NCBI GenBank assembly: GCA_904063045.1
Contig: CAJFCJ010000023.1
Location: forward strand, 310,001 to 374,000
DNA from: Dimorphilus gyrociliatus
Lineage: Eukaryota; Animalia; Annelida
Length of the DNA: 64,000 bases
Direction of reading: 5' to 3'
In this document: positions 52,101-64,000 of the stretch, in pieces
How the letters are laid out: the number at the start of each line of letters is the position of its first letter
How positions within the stretch are numbered: the stretch's first letter is position 1
Made by a program: the position numbers and the translations under genes
Notes under the pieces: model-generated
Told to the model about the DNA's origin: nothing
Seen by the model: only the letters and a program-made list of their open reading frames with translations
Database searches by the model: none

Positions 52101-54748
52101 ACAAAAGAAAAAAGGTGAACAATTAAACAGACATCTTCAAAGACAACTTGTCAAATGGCAATCGGCCGGAGGCGATTCGAATCAATCAACACAAAATCGT
52201 CTCGCGGTTCATGCTCAAGCTCTAAAGGAAGAATTAGGAGAATTACAGCAAAAATTCGATAATGAATGCCAACTAAGACTGAAATTGGAACACGATAACA
52301 AAGCCAAAGAACAAAAGATGGAAACGGATATTGAAATATTGAGAAAGGATCTGGAAGAAATGAATAGACAAAACGTCGAATTGCATTCGACCGTTAATGA
52401 TAAGGATTGTGTTCTTATTGAAAAGCAAAAATTAGTAGACGAAAAGGAAAAAGGACTAGAAGAATTATGGCAACGCTACAGTCAAGTTCTTGAACAGTTG
52501 GATCTTGTTAAAGCCGAATTAAATGTTCAAAAGAAATTATCTCAACAGCAAGAACTTCAAAGAGTCGACTTAAAAGAGCAATTAGCAGAGATAACATCAC
52601 AAAACCAGAGTCTAATTTCGAAACTTGAGGAAAAGGAGGATGATATACAGAGTAAAGATATCTCTATAAAGGATTTATATAAAAACGTTGCTGAACTAGA
52701 ACAAAAGATAAGAGAACTGGAAAAGGTTATAGATGATCTTCAAAGGAGTCTAAAATGTGAAAAGGATAAAACTACAGCAACCGAAGGTGAGCTACAAAAG
52801 CAAAAGAATTTGGACGCTTTTCGGGTAAGTTTTCTCGGTTTCCTTTATCAAAAAAAAAGATTAAGGTTTACAGAGGTCAATTTAACTATTGAAAATAAAG
52901 TAATGCTAAACACTAACAAAATAATAATGATAACAACAGATTGCCAGAGATTCGAAAATGATGCAATTAACTAGTGAGTTAATAGAAGCTAGAAGAAAAT
53001 TGAATTGTGAAAGAAAGGAACGATTCGAATTTGAGTGCCAGACTCGTCGAGAGATGGAAACTCAAAAAAAGAAAACTATTGAATTAGAAGACAAATTTAA
53101 AAAATTACAAAGCGAAAAGTCGACAGGAAAGTTTAATTATACGTCAGTTCTGAAATCTCATAAGAACGATACCGAAAAGAAGGCTAAGGAGAGGATAGAT
53201 CAACTAGAAAAAGAATTAGCAGTTATTAAGGAAGAACACGAAAAAGAGAGGAAAGACCAATTTAGACTGCAAATGGAAGCGTTGAAATACGAAAGGCAAA
53301 TAACAGATGATAGCAGGAAACAATTGGCGGCTTTCGTTAAGGTTTGTTTATTCCTTTATTTAATTTATATTTATACTCCTCCTCCTTGATAATTGATATA
53401 TTTACATATCTTTATATGATTATTTATTTTCACTAATTAATTACTTAATTATTTAATTACTTAATTAATAATTTACTTATTCAATTGTTTATAGGCATTA
53501 ACAATATCGTTAGTTTTGTTTGAGCACTTTACTCTTTCTTTTGTTGAGCATTCTGAGTTCTCTGTTATCATTCACTCCTCTCTCTCTTTTTTACTTACTT
53601 GCTCGTTTACTCACTTATTTACTTATACATTGACACACTTAGTCGTTCGCTCTTCCTTTCTTTAAAATCAAAAATGTAACATAAATAAAACAGAATTTCG
53701 GAAAAGCGGAATCGACTGAATTTATATCATCGACTCCGGAAAGACCCACGAAGCAACACGTTTCGTTTTCGTCATTAAAATCGCTTCGTCAACATTCTGT
53801 TGTTGAAAAAGGGTCAGCTAAGATTTACGACAATAATATTCGTAAAGTATACGTTTCGGCCGAAAATATTTCAAAGAGACCGCCACCACCCGAACCGCAA
53901 CCTCCCAGGGAAACTCGATCCAGAGATCGACAGCCGAGAAGATTAAACACGGCCGCTCCAGACCTAGGTCAAAACGTTCCTTTCTCGCAGAGAAGACCTC
54001 CATTGACAAGGTAAGAAAAGCCTCTTTTTGTTAAACAGCTAGTTCAATGAAGCTTGAACGGTCCACTTTATCTTTTTTACCATGGTCCTCATTAGATCAT
54101 CTGTTCATCAAACGGGAACGAGATCGGCTATATCGTCGAGGGATCCTTCGCCGTGTTCCCACCTGCCCAGACCGCCGCCAAATATGATCATTACTCCTTC
54201 TCAAACTCCTCAGAGAGCTCCCAGTATAGAGCATATCGGACAGCCATTGACTGATAATGACATGCGTGACCTATACGCCAGATTAAGAAAAGTTAGCATG
54301 CGAAGGAGGAATGACAGCGAAAGCACCAACGACGAAGTATTCGAAGAGCCTAAACGACTTGTAAATCCACTTCCACCACCCTCGGCAGAAACTAAGAAGA
54401 GAGCAATGAGAGCATCTAGCGAATCTAGGTTACCTTTCGTTCAAGTAAAAAGTACGTCGACAACAGGAAAAGAGGACGGAATTGTGGTAAGTAATTGATT
54501 AATTGATTTATGGTGTTCAATCACGTTCTCGTTATTTTTCTTCTTTTATTGTCATCGTGAGAAAATAAGCAAAGAAAGAATATAATATATTGAAATATTT
54601 AGTAAAATATGTTTGTTTTGTTTATTTCTTATGACAGAGAAGAAGTTTGCAAGCTCTACGAAGAAAATTCAGCGTAGGAGATAAATGACGAAAAATATTT
54701 TAAACAAATCAAATTTTCTACAGAATATACTTTTATTTTTTCTAGAAT

Positions 54749-54785
<37 letters not shown>

Positions 54786-55448
54786 AGAGTTAAATTTTCT
54801 CTCTACTTTTTATTACTTTTCTTTTAGAAAGAAAAAGAAATTAACTAAAGGAAAAAAAAACATAAAAAATTCAGAGTGAATCTTTTGTTTCTTGAGATTT
54901 ATTTTAATTTTATTAATCGATGTTTATTTATTTCTTTTATTGGAGTTTGTTAATAAACAAATTATATTGTTTAGCCATCATTACTTCTTTCTCTTTCCAT
55001 TCCTTCTTTTTACATTTCAATTAACATAAAAATTCTGGTTAAACATCTGCTTTTCTCATTTCCCATGCACGCAGACATGCACATACGCACAAACTCAATC
55101 ACCCTCTCAACTACTTACTCACTCACTCACTCATCCATTTATATATATCTTTTATCGCTTTTCTTTATCTCAGTTATTTTTATTCATTTAGTGTTTCACT
55201 TGTTTGTAAATTTATTTATTTATTTATTAATAATTAATTTGTCTAATTTTCTCCTTAGTTTATTCTTTTTTAAGAATAACTTAAAGAAAATACTAAAAAT
55301 ATCTAACATTATTGTTTTTTTATTATTTGAATTCGTACAGATTCTAAAGCTTCCCGACAGAAAAAGTTATAAGTTAATTTCGGCGTCTCGCCAGGAACGT
55401 CCAAAGAGCGCCTGGATTAAATCCGATTTTATGATTGCTGAAGTTTGA
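49123..55448 (+). CDS. SOGA: SOGA/MTCL-family long coiled-coil protein (about 1290 aa, 10 exons)
   Basis: Exons 49123-49518, 50209-50490, 50656-51097, 51221-51828, 51937-52824, 52940-53341, 53694-54010, 54096-54486, 54638-54673 and 55341-55448, all phase-compatible. SOGA signatures: EMDELHDQF...LRRELDAAAKHSRVLQFKLRKAE and EELTVAKEVSVRLHDELECVEEKR. The last two exons are less certain. Confidence 0.88.
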
Positions 55449-55602
55449 TGTTTGAGCGAAAAACACGAATGTACTTTCTATTTGTTTGTTTGTTTGTTTG
55501 TTTTTTACTGAAATAACCCAACTTTTCTATAAACAAAGATTGATTTCCTTTACCTTTTTTAGTTGATTTTATCTTTCAATATTAATGGAGGTAATAAATG
55601 TG

Positions 55603-55617
55603 TTGATAGATGGCGCC
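55603..55617 (+). promoter_or_regulatory. CTCF-like core between convergent genes
   Basis: TAGATGGCGCC matches the 3' core; the 5' bases are mismatched. Confidence 0.25.
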
Positions 55618-56331
55618 TCTGCCCCATCAACTCGTGTGAAAAGATAAGCATAGTTTAGAGTCACGAAATCATAGATAGAAAAAATAAACATATTCATTAC
55701 TAATCAATTGATTGATTCTTATTCATAGCCATTACGACATTCGTACGATCTTTAAAGAAATGGAGGAGAAAACACTATCTTTACTAGATAAACAGTGAAT
55801 AATTCTTGATAGAATTGTTACAAAACCTAAAAGTAATAAATACAATATACAAGCCTATATTTAGGCCTATAATGCAAATAATAATAAAATTATTGTATTG
55901 ATTAACAGGTTAATCAATTACGAAATATTTGAAAAAATTAGCAAAAATAACTTATATATTCATATTTTAATTGAAAATGATGAATGTAATAAATAGTAAG
56001 AGTGTAAAGCTTAAACTATTTCCTGGTACTTGAACTTTTCAGGTCACGTACTAGTTTTGAGAAAGAATGCATGAGTAAGATAAGGATAAAAATATACGAT
56101 GACACTAGCCATATTTTCTTAAAATACATAGTATTATTGCTTGTTTTTCAAAGAAATTTGTATATATTTCACCAATGTCAGTAATGACACACAAGTTTAA
56201 CTCTTTAGAATGATGCTATCTGAAGTAAGAGTCTAGGAGAGAGTAAAGAGTACTTGAACAGAGACGATGGTAGAGCTGGAGATACAAAATAGTAACGATA
56301 AAAAAAAAGATAGAAGAATAGATGAGTTTTG

Positions 56332-57012
56332 TTAGTCTCTTGCTTTTCTGAATAGAATCACCATCAATATTGTTCCAAATAGAGATAAGATGGCTGAAAT
56401 ACAGACAAAGGCGAATGACCAATTGTGATTTTTCTCTTTTACGCCAAAAATAATGAGGCCAATGAGACAGAAAAGACCTGAATGAATAAACAAATTTATT
56501 TATATCAATTATTGATCAATTATCTACCGAATGAGATATAGTTGGTTACAATGAAACAATACTTACATCCTAAAGCGGCTGATACAATACCCGCAGTTAG
56601 GCAGACATTTTTGTTAAAAATATGCACGAAGACGTAGAATACTGAGGCGAGTAGCGCGAGTATGAGAAATATTAATCCAATTGTGGTCATGGCTTGAGTT
56701 GCCTTAAACCAAGCTGTTACGTATTTTAAACTTATAATATTCCTATTAAAATTCAATTGTAAAAATTTGCTCACATTTCGATGCGGAGCCACCATAGTCC
56801 TGATTACTTCCACAAACACATTGCTCCCAAAGACCAATGTGATAGGATCCAGAAGACAGCTTTCGAACAGACCATCCACTCGTAGCGAATCCAATGACGT
56901 TAAAAACGCATGCAAGAAGAGATACTAAAAGCATACCTCCGGCCATACCTCGAATATCAATTTTATGAGTAAAACTTGAACCATTCCTTTGTTGTGTTAC
57001 TTGAACAGGCAT
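56332..57012 (-). CDS. PMP22/EMP/claudin-superfamily tetraspan protein, paralogue A (176 aa)
   Basis: Exons 56775-57012, 56567-56713 and 56332-56477. FATSGW...GLWEQCVC...WFKATQAM; four hydrophobic segments. Confidence 0.9.
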
Positions 57013-57568
57013 TTTCGAATTGTTATTTATAGAAGACTGTTAATGATTAAATGATTCTCTCCAACGCTGTAACCTTTATGCTGATCCACACGCGATCGAA
57101 AAGTGATAAGAAAAAAAATGTTAAATCGTATGGCCACTATCTAAACGATATTTGCTCTCTTGATAAGAAATTTTTTCAGTTTTTGCTTGTCCAACGCATG
57201 TTTTATCTATGTTCTTATTAATCATATGGTCATATTTGTGTATGAATTCTCTTCATTTGTGTAAAGAAAGGAAGGAAGTGCGCTCTTGTTTAAAAATATG
57301 CGAATTTAAGGATTACTTAAAAAATTTCCCCATTGTTAGTAATATTCTCTATTGAAACTCTGATAGACATCTATACAGCTGTATTTACATTACTAATAGG
57401 TAGAAACGTAGATTATCCTTCTTTTTAAGGTTACTTCCATAAACTATTGCTGCGTTCTCGCCAGCCAACAAATTTTATTGTTTAATTGCTTCCCTCTAGA
57501 GAAGGAAATCTTTTGAAACGAAGGACTTGTTTGAAACAAATTCTACTGCGAGAAGATTCGAATAGACA

Positions 57569-57599
<31 letters not shown>

Positions 57600-57665
57600 C
57601 GTGGGCGGGAGGAAGAATAAAGTCTATTAATTTATATTTACTTGAATGTATAAATGCAAAAAATT

Positions 57666-58309
57666 TCATTGTTTCTTTAACGTTAGCACAGATAGAATAA
57701 GTACTGGTATGGCTCCAATGAGTGACACACAAACAAATCCAAATGAAAAGTTGGGATCAAATGCCCTATATGTACCATCTTTAGTATTCTCACCAAGAAT
57801 TACGATACTAATCATAGCAAATATACCTATTATTTTCAAATAATTCACATCAAATTTCATTAGTTTTTCAAAGAGTAAAATCAACTGAACGAGCATACTT
57901 ACTAGCTAAGGAAATTGAAATAATAATTGCGAAAATAAGGTATCGTTCGTACGACAGGATCACCAATAGCAAAGAGGAAACCAGGCATATTATATAGATA
58001 ATAAGGGCCATAGTAGCCATTGCTTGAGTCGCTTTGAACCATCCTGTTCAAATTGTGATCAGTCAAGTAATAGAAATAATCATATCACAAACCTTCGTCT
58101 CTTATTTTCATATCCGGAAAATCTCCGCAAAGGCATTGGCTCCATAGACCAATATGAAGAGAACTTTCTATATCGTAAACCTTATAGTTTATACTTACCC
58201 ATCCATTCGTCGCAAATCCTAATACGAATATTAAAACAGCTCCAAATACACTTATCGGAATTAGCCTTTTATTTGAAATAAAGTTAGTTAAATTATTGCT
58301 ATTCGGCAT
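57666..58309 (-). CDS. PMP22/EMP/claudin-superfamily tetraspan protein, paralogue B (172 aa)
   Basis: Exons 58093-58309, 57903-58043 and 57666-57826. FATNGW...GLWSQCLC...WFKATQAM...FSFGFVC. Confidence 0.9.
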
Positions 58310-58566
58310 GACTGAACAGTACACTTTGTTAAATGCGCTATTTTTTTTTGGCTACTCAATTAGACTGCTGTAGGTAACTAAATATTTAGAGTTTTGAATT
58401 ATCGAAAGAGTTCCGGCCAAAAGAGTCTTACTGCATTCATAAAAAAGGCACTCAAAACTATTTTTTAACTTGAAATAAAAATACGAAACTATATTATTAC
58501 AAAATTTCTTCCATTAAGTATGAAAAGCAAGAAAGAAGAATGTTCGTATAAGTATATGTAGCTGAT

Positions 58567-59415
58567 TTATTTATTCTTCTTTAACATGAAAGCAAGAATA
58601 ACGATTGGTAAGGCAAAAAATATCGTCATACAAACTAATCCGAAGGAGAAGTGAGGTCTAAATTGGCTGTAAGTACCATTAGAAACATTCTTACCAATAA
58701 GAATTAGACTTATAAGGGAGAAGATGGCTGATAATTAAAACGTATCGTAAATAATTGTACATACTCTTTATACAGTATAAATATAGTTACAATACTTTTG
58801 GTGACGGTTAACAGGAATAGCGTCATCATTACTAACTGTCAAAGTAAGAAACGCTTTTCGGGAAATGTTTAAAATGCCAATGAAAAATATCATAGCTATT
58901 CACACCAGATCATTGAAAGTTGTGTTTGGCTTTATCCCGAAGAAAAGCATTATATAACAAGTTTTGACAATAAAGTACTGTAACTATATACTGCATTTTT
59001 TGATAGTATGCTTACTTACAAGCTACTAAAATTGAACCAATTAACGCATATGTTATATACCATTCTTGAGGTAATACAACTTGTAGTACTACAATTAGAA
59101 AGGCAGCGATATATCCAACAAGCGCTAATGTGGCCATTGCCTGAGATGTTTTAAACCAATCTATTTTTAAGTGTTTACAGTTAGTAAAATATCATTAATA
59201 ATGAAGAACAAACCTTCGCTTCTCAGTCCAAAATTATTAAATTGTGTACAAATGCATTCATTCCATAAGCCAATGTATAGAATTGCTTCGTCTTTATCGA
59301 GTTTATAACTTTTAGACAACCAAGAATTAGTCGCAAAGGCAATAACAAAAGCGGAACAACTAATGAAAACTATTAATAGTAATGTTCTTCTATGCATTAA
59401 AACTTCTAACATCAT
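58567..59415 (-). CDS. PMP22/EMP/claudin-superfamily tetraspan protein, paralogue C (167 aa)
   Basis: Exons 59214-59415, 59020-59160 and 58567-58727. FATNSW...GLWNECIC...WFKTSQAM...FSFGLVC. Exons 2 and 3 have the same lengths (141 and 161 nt) as in paralogue B. Confidence 0.88.
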
Positions 59416-60555
59416 TTCGTTACAATCTTAAGCTAACTATTTAAGTTTCCAACTTATCAAATCTATAAATATATTAAAGGTATAGTGGCGCTGTTGTCGT
59501 TCATATAATAAATGAAGTTAACCTAGAATTATTATCAGCCCTTCCCTATAGAAAAGGTAGTTTTGTTCAAACAAATTGAATAGGTTTGAAAAGTATATTT
59601 TTAAGTGATTTTAAAACATTTATAATGGATATATCACGCATAAACTTGATAATGATAACGATTCTTCAAAACAAAATGAAAAGAAGGTAAACGACATGAT
59701 AACATCATATAATTTTTTTTAAAAAAAAACAAGAAAAAACAAAAAATTTCACCAAAATATCATGACGCTCAAGAATTCAAGAATAAAAGAGGAATTTACA
59801 ACTCTGTTTAATAGAAAATATTACTTTGTTTTTTCCTATTCTTTCTTCTTATATATCCATATTGTCATAAGAAGAAAAATCAGTAAAAGCAAGTGTGAAT
59901 ATGTGTGTGTGGTGTGTGTTTGTTTGTCATGTTTTCTAAAACGCATACCGTTAGTTTCCATTAGTTTTTGTGCTCTCTTATGATTGGTGATGTGCATTCC
60001 CTGCAATAGTAATTTTTTGCTTTTCCTTATAAGGGAGACAGCTAGTTTTAGGCTTTTACCTCGATCGTCATCGGATGACTTAGGTAAGAATGTAAATTAG
60101 AAACAATGATTGAAAATGTGAAAATGAAGGTAGAGAAAAAGACATTCGAATGGTATGGAAGATAGAGAACATTGTAATAATATTGCTTAGAGCCGTTAAT
60201 CTTTAGTTGATAGACTTGAAATGGCATAGGTTAATCATTTGATTAAGCAGGATTCATCGAATACAAGTACAAATAGCAGTTATAATAAAGTGTAGCAAGA
60301 ATACTTCATTTTTTTCATAGTGTAGAAGAGACTGAAATAAACATACTAAAGAATTAAGGATAAGCAAAAAATAAAAATCCCAAAGTTTTAAAAAAATCTT
60401 AGTTTGCTGCTTTGCAAATGTCTGAGAGAAACAGAGACAACGAAAAAAGGAGATATAAATTTTTTAGTCTGATCACAAATATTCCAACAATGAAAGTCTT
60501 GTTTTTTCTCAGTATATAATTATATCTGTTTCTCTTTCAATTCTCTTTCTTTCTA

Positions 60556-63500
60556 TCAATTTAACATCATCTCCCAACTGAACAGTCGACAATGAAAGAG
60601 AAGATAGTACAACGAACTGATGGAAAGCGAAAGTACTATATTCGGTAATAGTCCATCTTGGCCTCCTGCTGCGGCTGTAAAATAAAACAGTATAATATTT
60701 TGATAGCTTTGTGAAGTTATTCGAAAGAGAGCGCCACCAGATTATATATGATATAAACTCTTTCGACTAGCGGATATTGCGATAAAAGCGCAAAAGAGTT
60801 AATAAAACAGTTGGAATGAAAATTTTCACCTTTAAATAAACTTGGAAAATTCAAAATGTAAATGAAGAAAATGACAAACCTTCGGAGATAACTAATCTTC
60901 TAGATGCATATCCTATTGTGCTATTGGCCATAACGTAAAAGATTTTTGCAACATTTTCAGGAGTAACTCTAGCAGTCAACGTTCCCTGGACGGAATACCT
61001 ATTAGACGCCTGCAAAGTAAAAAAAAAGTAATATTATTATATTAGCCTCTTGGAGTGGAAAGGTTAATCTAAATGATAGACCTATAATCAATAACTACGC
61101 CTGGTAATTGCTCAATAGTGTATTCTGCTGTTCAGAAAAGATCAATTAGCAATTATCTTAACAGCAGTGGAATAGGCTTTTAGGCTTAAAGCTTGGGGAG
61201 AGGGAAAAAAAATACATATAAATATATACAGATATATATTTATCCCCACACATGCACAGATGAAACGAGAGCGAGAGAGAAACAGATAAAAAAAAACGAA
61301 TATACAGTATAAAAGTATCAATTAAATCCATTTTATGTACATGCGCACACACACACAAAATATGAAAGAGATTGTGCACTTGCAGATAGTTTGTTGCTAA
61401 AGTTACAAACTGTATATACATACGCTTATGTAGTTATAATTGCCCTAATCGTTAATTGTTTTGTGCTTGGTAAAAAAACATTTGCAACTATTACATTCAT
61501 TACTCAGCTAACAGTGTTAAGATAGTTCTGCAAGCGCGATAAATTAATTAAGAGGTAACAACTAAAGTTGAAATTATTAATCAAATCGTTACTCTTTGTT
61601 GTTACGAAGCCTAATACGGAAATAGAATAGACAAGACAAATTTCACATGAGACTAGACCTGTATGAATAATATAAAACATTCATATAAACCCACGCTACA
61701 ATATTACTATTATACAATAATTAATAATTAACAAGTAATAACATATTAGTATAATACGATTGGTTAGTTTTAAAAAAAGTATGTCAAGTTATCAGTTTTC
61801 TTCTTTCAAAGAAACAGAAATAAATAAAATATAGATAATAATAATTATAGAATCGAAAAGTGAAAAAAAATTAAAACTTCTAGTTTGTATAAAGTAATAT
61901 TCGAGTAAATATTATACTATGTCGATTGGTTCAAGTCGATAAATCTTTATTATACAATAACTGTCCGTGATTATTCTCCCCTTTTTTTTCACTCACTCGC
62001 ACGTACATTCTCTGTCTCACTCTCTCTCTCTCTCTCTCTCTCTCGTTCACAACACTTAAGTGTTAACAAAAAAAAAGAAATGAAAAATCCTTTTCTATTT
62101 TAAAAAGTTGGACTTTTTTTTTCTACTCCATTGTTAATTTAACCTACTAAAACTAACTTACAATATCGTGAGGTTTTTATTGCTAAATATGTTACATGGT
62201 ATATTTTATTCAAGATGAATATATTGCTAACCGATTTATATATCATCATCATATGGCATTACAATTCAAATAGAAATCGATTGATTTTGTTTTTTTTTAT
62301 TAACAACAATATCTAAAGTTTAGAAACAGGTTTTTTAACGGGGAGGGTTTTTTTAAGTAATTTAGAGGTTAAGCTGGAGTAAGTGTTTTTTTTTTGCTCT
62401 ATCTCTCTCTCTCTCTCTCTCTTGGAGAGCTCTTTTAAATGCATAGCCTATTTAATCATTCAATTAATAGTCTATGAGAAAAATTTCACTTACGATTAGT
62501 TCGGATTTTAATCCATTCTTCTCGTCTGTATCGTCGAGTATTTCTTCTTGTCCAACTACTCCTCTTGTCCAATACAATTTCGGTTTTGGATTTCCGCTTG
62601 CTGTGCAATTGAATGTAACCATCTTATTAGCTTCCAGAGACACTCTGCTCCTCTCACACGTTAAGACGGGCTTATATATCACATTAACTTGGGCAGAAGC
62701 TTCTAGTTTATTCTTTCCCAATTCGGCAACACATCGTAAATCTTTACCGTGAAAATGACGAAAAGTCTTGGTGACCTGTCTGAGCAATGTTACATAGACA
62801 TTGGCAGTTCTAGCGCAGCTTGTTTCAAACCATTCAAAAGCTTCATCTTGAGTTTTTGAATCATCTACTATAAAAAAGCTAGTCACATCCTCATTTTCTG
62901 AGAAAATACGTACGGATGGCATAACTAGCGTTTTCTCTGCAAAGACACGACATCCAATACTAATACCCTGATCGCTTTCATTAACTTTAACAGCAGTTAA
63001 TGTATTATACGTAGCATTACTATCCTGCTGCAGTTGGATTCTTTCAACAATTTCAGCCGATACCAATTTACCAGGTACAGTATAATTACGAAATTCGGTT
63101 TTAATGCCACCTTTTTGCCACGAACAATAATAATTGCCACTATCTTCCGGTTGAGCATTAGTTATTTGCAATGAGAAATAGGCAACATCTTGAGATACTT
63201 CAAAAGAGGTTTTAAAACGTTGGCAATCCTTTTTCAGACCTACTTGACCTTTCATAAGAATATCTTCTTTATCTCTAGTCAGTTTACGTATGGAAATACT
63301 AGCATCGGCGCCTTTCGCTTCGCAGAATATATTTATTTCATCGCCAACGTTCAGCTCGGAAGATGGAGTAGACTTTTCATTCAGCAGTAGAGATGCTGCT
63401 TCGTTAAGGCCTAAAGTAGTAATTAGGGAAAAAACAAAGTCAATTATATAAATAGATTAAAAACGCATTTGTTTTATTCATTTTCCAAAAGACAATTAGT

Positions 63501-63866
63501 CAATTTATTAAGACGCCTTATAAATAAGATATCGAGTTTAAGAGACGTCGCTCTCTTACCTCACCTTGTATTATTTACAGGTTTTTTTCCAATAAACATT
63601 TCATAATCAGTGTCACAACTAAACTAAACTATATTATGTTGAATAATATGATAAAAATGAAACTACTATCGCTATTAAACATCATATTTATGGAATTAAT
63701 TCAAACATTCTATTCAAAAAACCGATAGTTAACAGAAGGAAAAGATGACTGTTTTGCCTCTAAAATTGATTTATTCCTATTTAAAACATATGAAAAAATT
63801 CGTCAGATTCTTACCTGAATCTTTTAAAATTACTGCTAAAACTATAAAAATCCTATAGGAAACCAT
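60556..63866 (-). CDS. Three-Ig-domain cell-surface protein with signal peptide and C-terminal hydrophobic (GPI-signal-like or TM) tail (405 aa)
   Basis: Exons 63815-63866 (MVSYRIFIVLAVILKDS), 62494-63410, 60880-61009 and 60556-60674; total 1218 nt. Ig1 FCEAKG...LQITNAQPEDSGNYYC, Ig2 GCRV...LRCVA, Ig3 FNCTASGNPKPKLYW. Tail AAAGG...IVLSLSISSLYYLLF. Confidence 0.85.
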
Positions 63867-63875
63867 GTTTAAAGG

Positions 63876-63918
63876 CTTCCGTTACGATGATAATATTATT
63901 TTCCCCTTCAAAATGGCG
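63876..63918. promoter_or_regulatory. Candidate (bidirectional) promoter at the window end
   Basis: ETS CGGAAG on the minus strand (63876-63881) just upstream of the Ig-gene ATG, plus YY1-type CAAAATGGCG on the plus strand (63909-63918) in CpG-rich sequence. Confidence 0.4.
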
Positions 63919-64000
63919 CGTCGGCGGTTATGGCGCTTTAAGCGGGGAAAATAGAAATAGTATGGTTCGACATTCATTGAGTTGACAGATGGCTAAAAAT

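Noticed and set aside
58728-59019. Apparent loss of exon 3 in tetraspan paralogue C
   Set aside because: The exon is present at 58567-58727 after a longer 292-nt intron and aligns with paralogue B.
1-64000. CRISPR arrays, rRNA, snRNA, transposase or reverse transcriptase ORFs
   Set aside because: No regularly spaced repeats or recognisable conserved RNA or mobile-element motifs seen by eye; an Infernal/Rfam and RepeatModeler run would be decisive.

Overview
AT-rich eukaryotic (animal) genomic DNA from a compact genome. Many introns are only 58-90 nt, and GA, TA and TG microsatellites are abundant. The gene content looks like a lophotrochozoan invertebrate such as an annelid (inference). I assembled the spliced models by hand from GT-AG sites and checked that exon phases and lengths keep the frame. 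From left to right: an LRRC74-like LRR/EF-hand gene (-), orphan coding exons near 8.6-9.6 kb (-), a two-exon class A peptide-type GPCR (-), a SUEL-lectin/CUB/sushi-like single-pass receptor (-), castor/CASZ1 with 12 Castor-type zinc-finger units (-), TXNL4B (-) head-to-head with a SOGA/MTCL-family coiled-coil gene (+), three tandem PMP22/claudin-superfamily paralogues (-), and a three-Ig cell-surface protein (-). I saw no rRNA, tRNA, CRISPR array or transposase. The strongest leads are a cluster of RFX X-boxes around castor's first coding exon, atypical receptor and adhesion proteins, and a dispersed TATAC(A/T)GTATA element. I found no clear-cut novel system; these leads are hypotheses to test.
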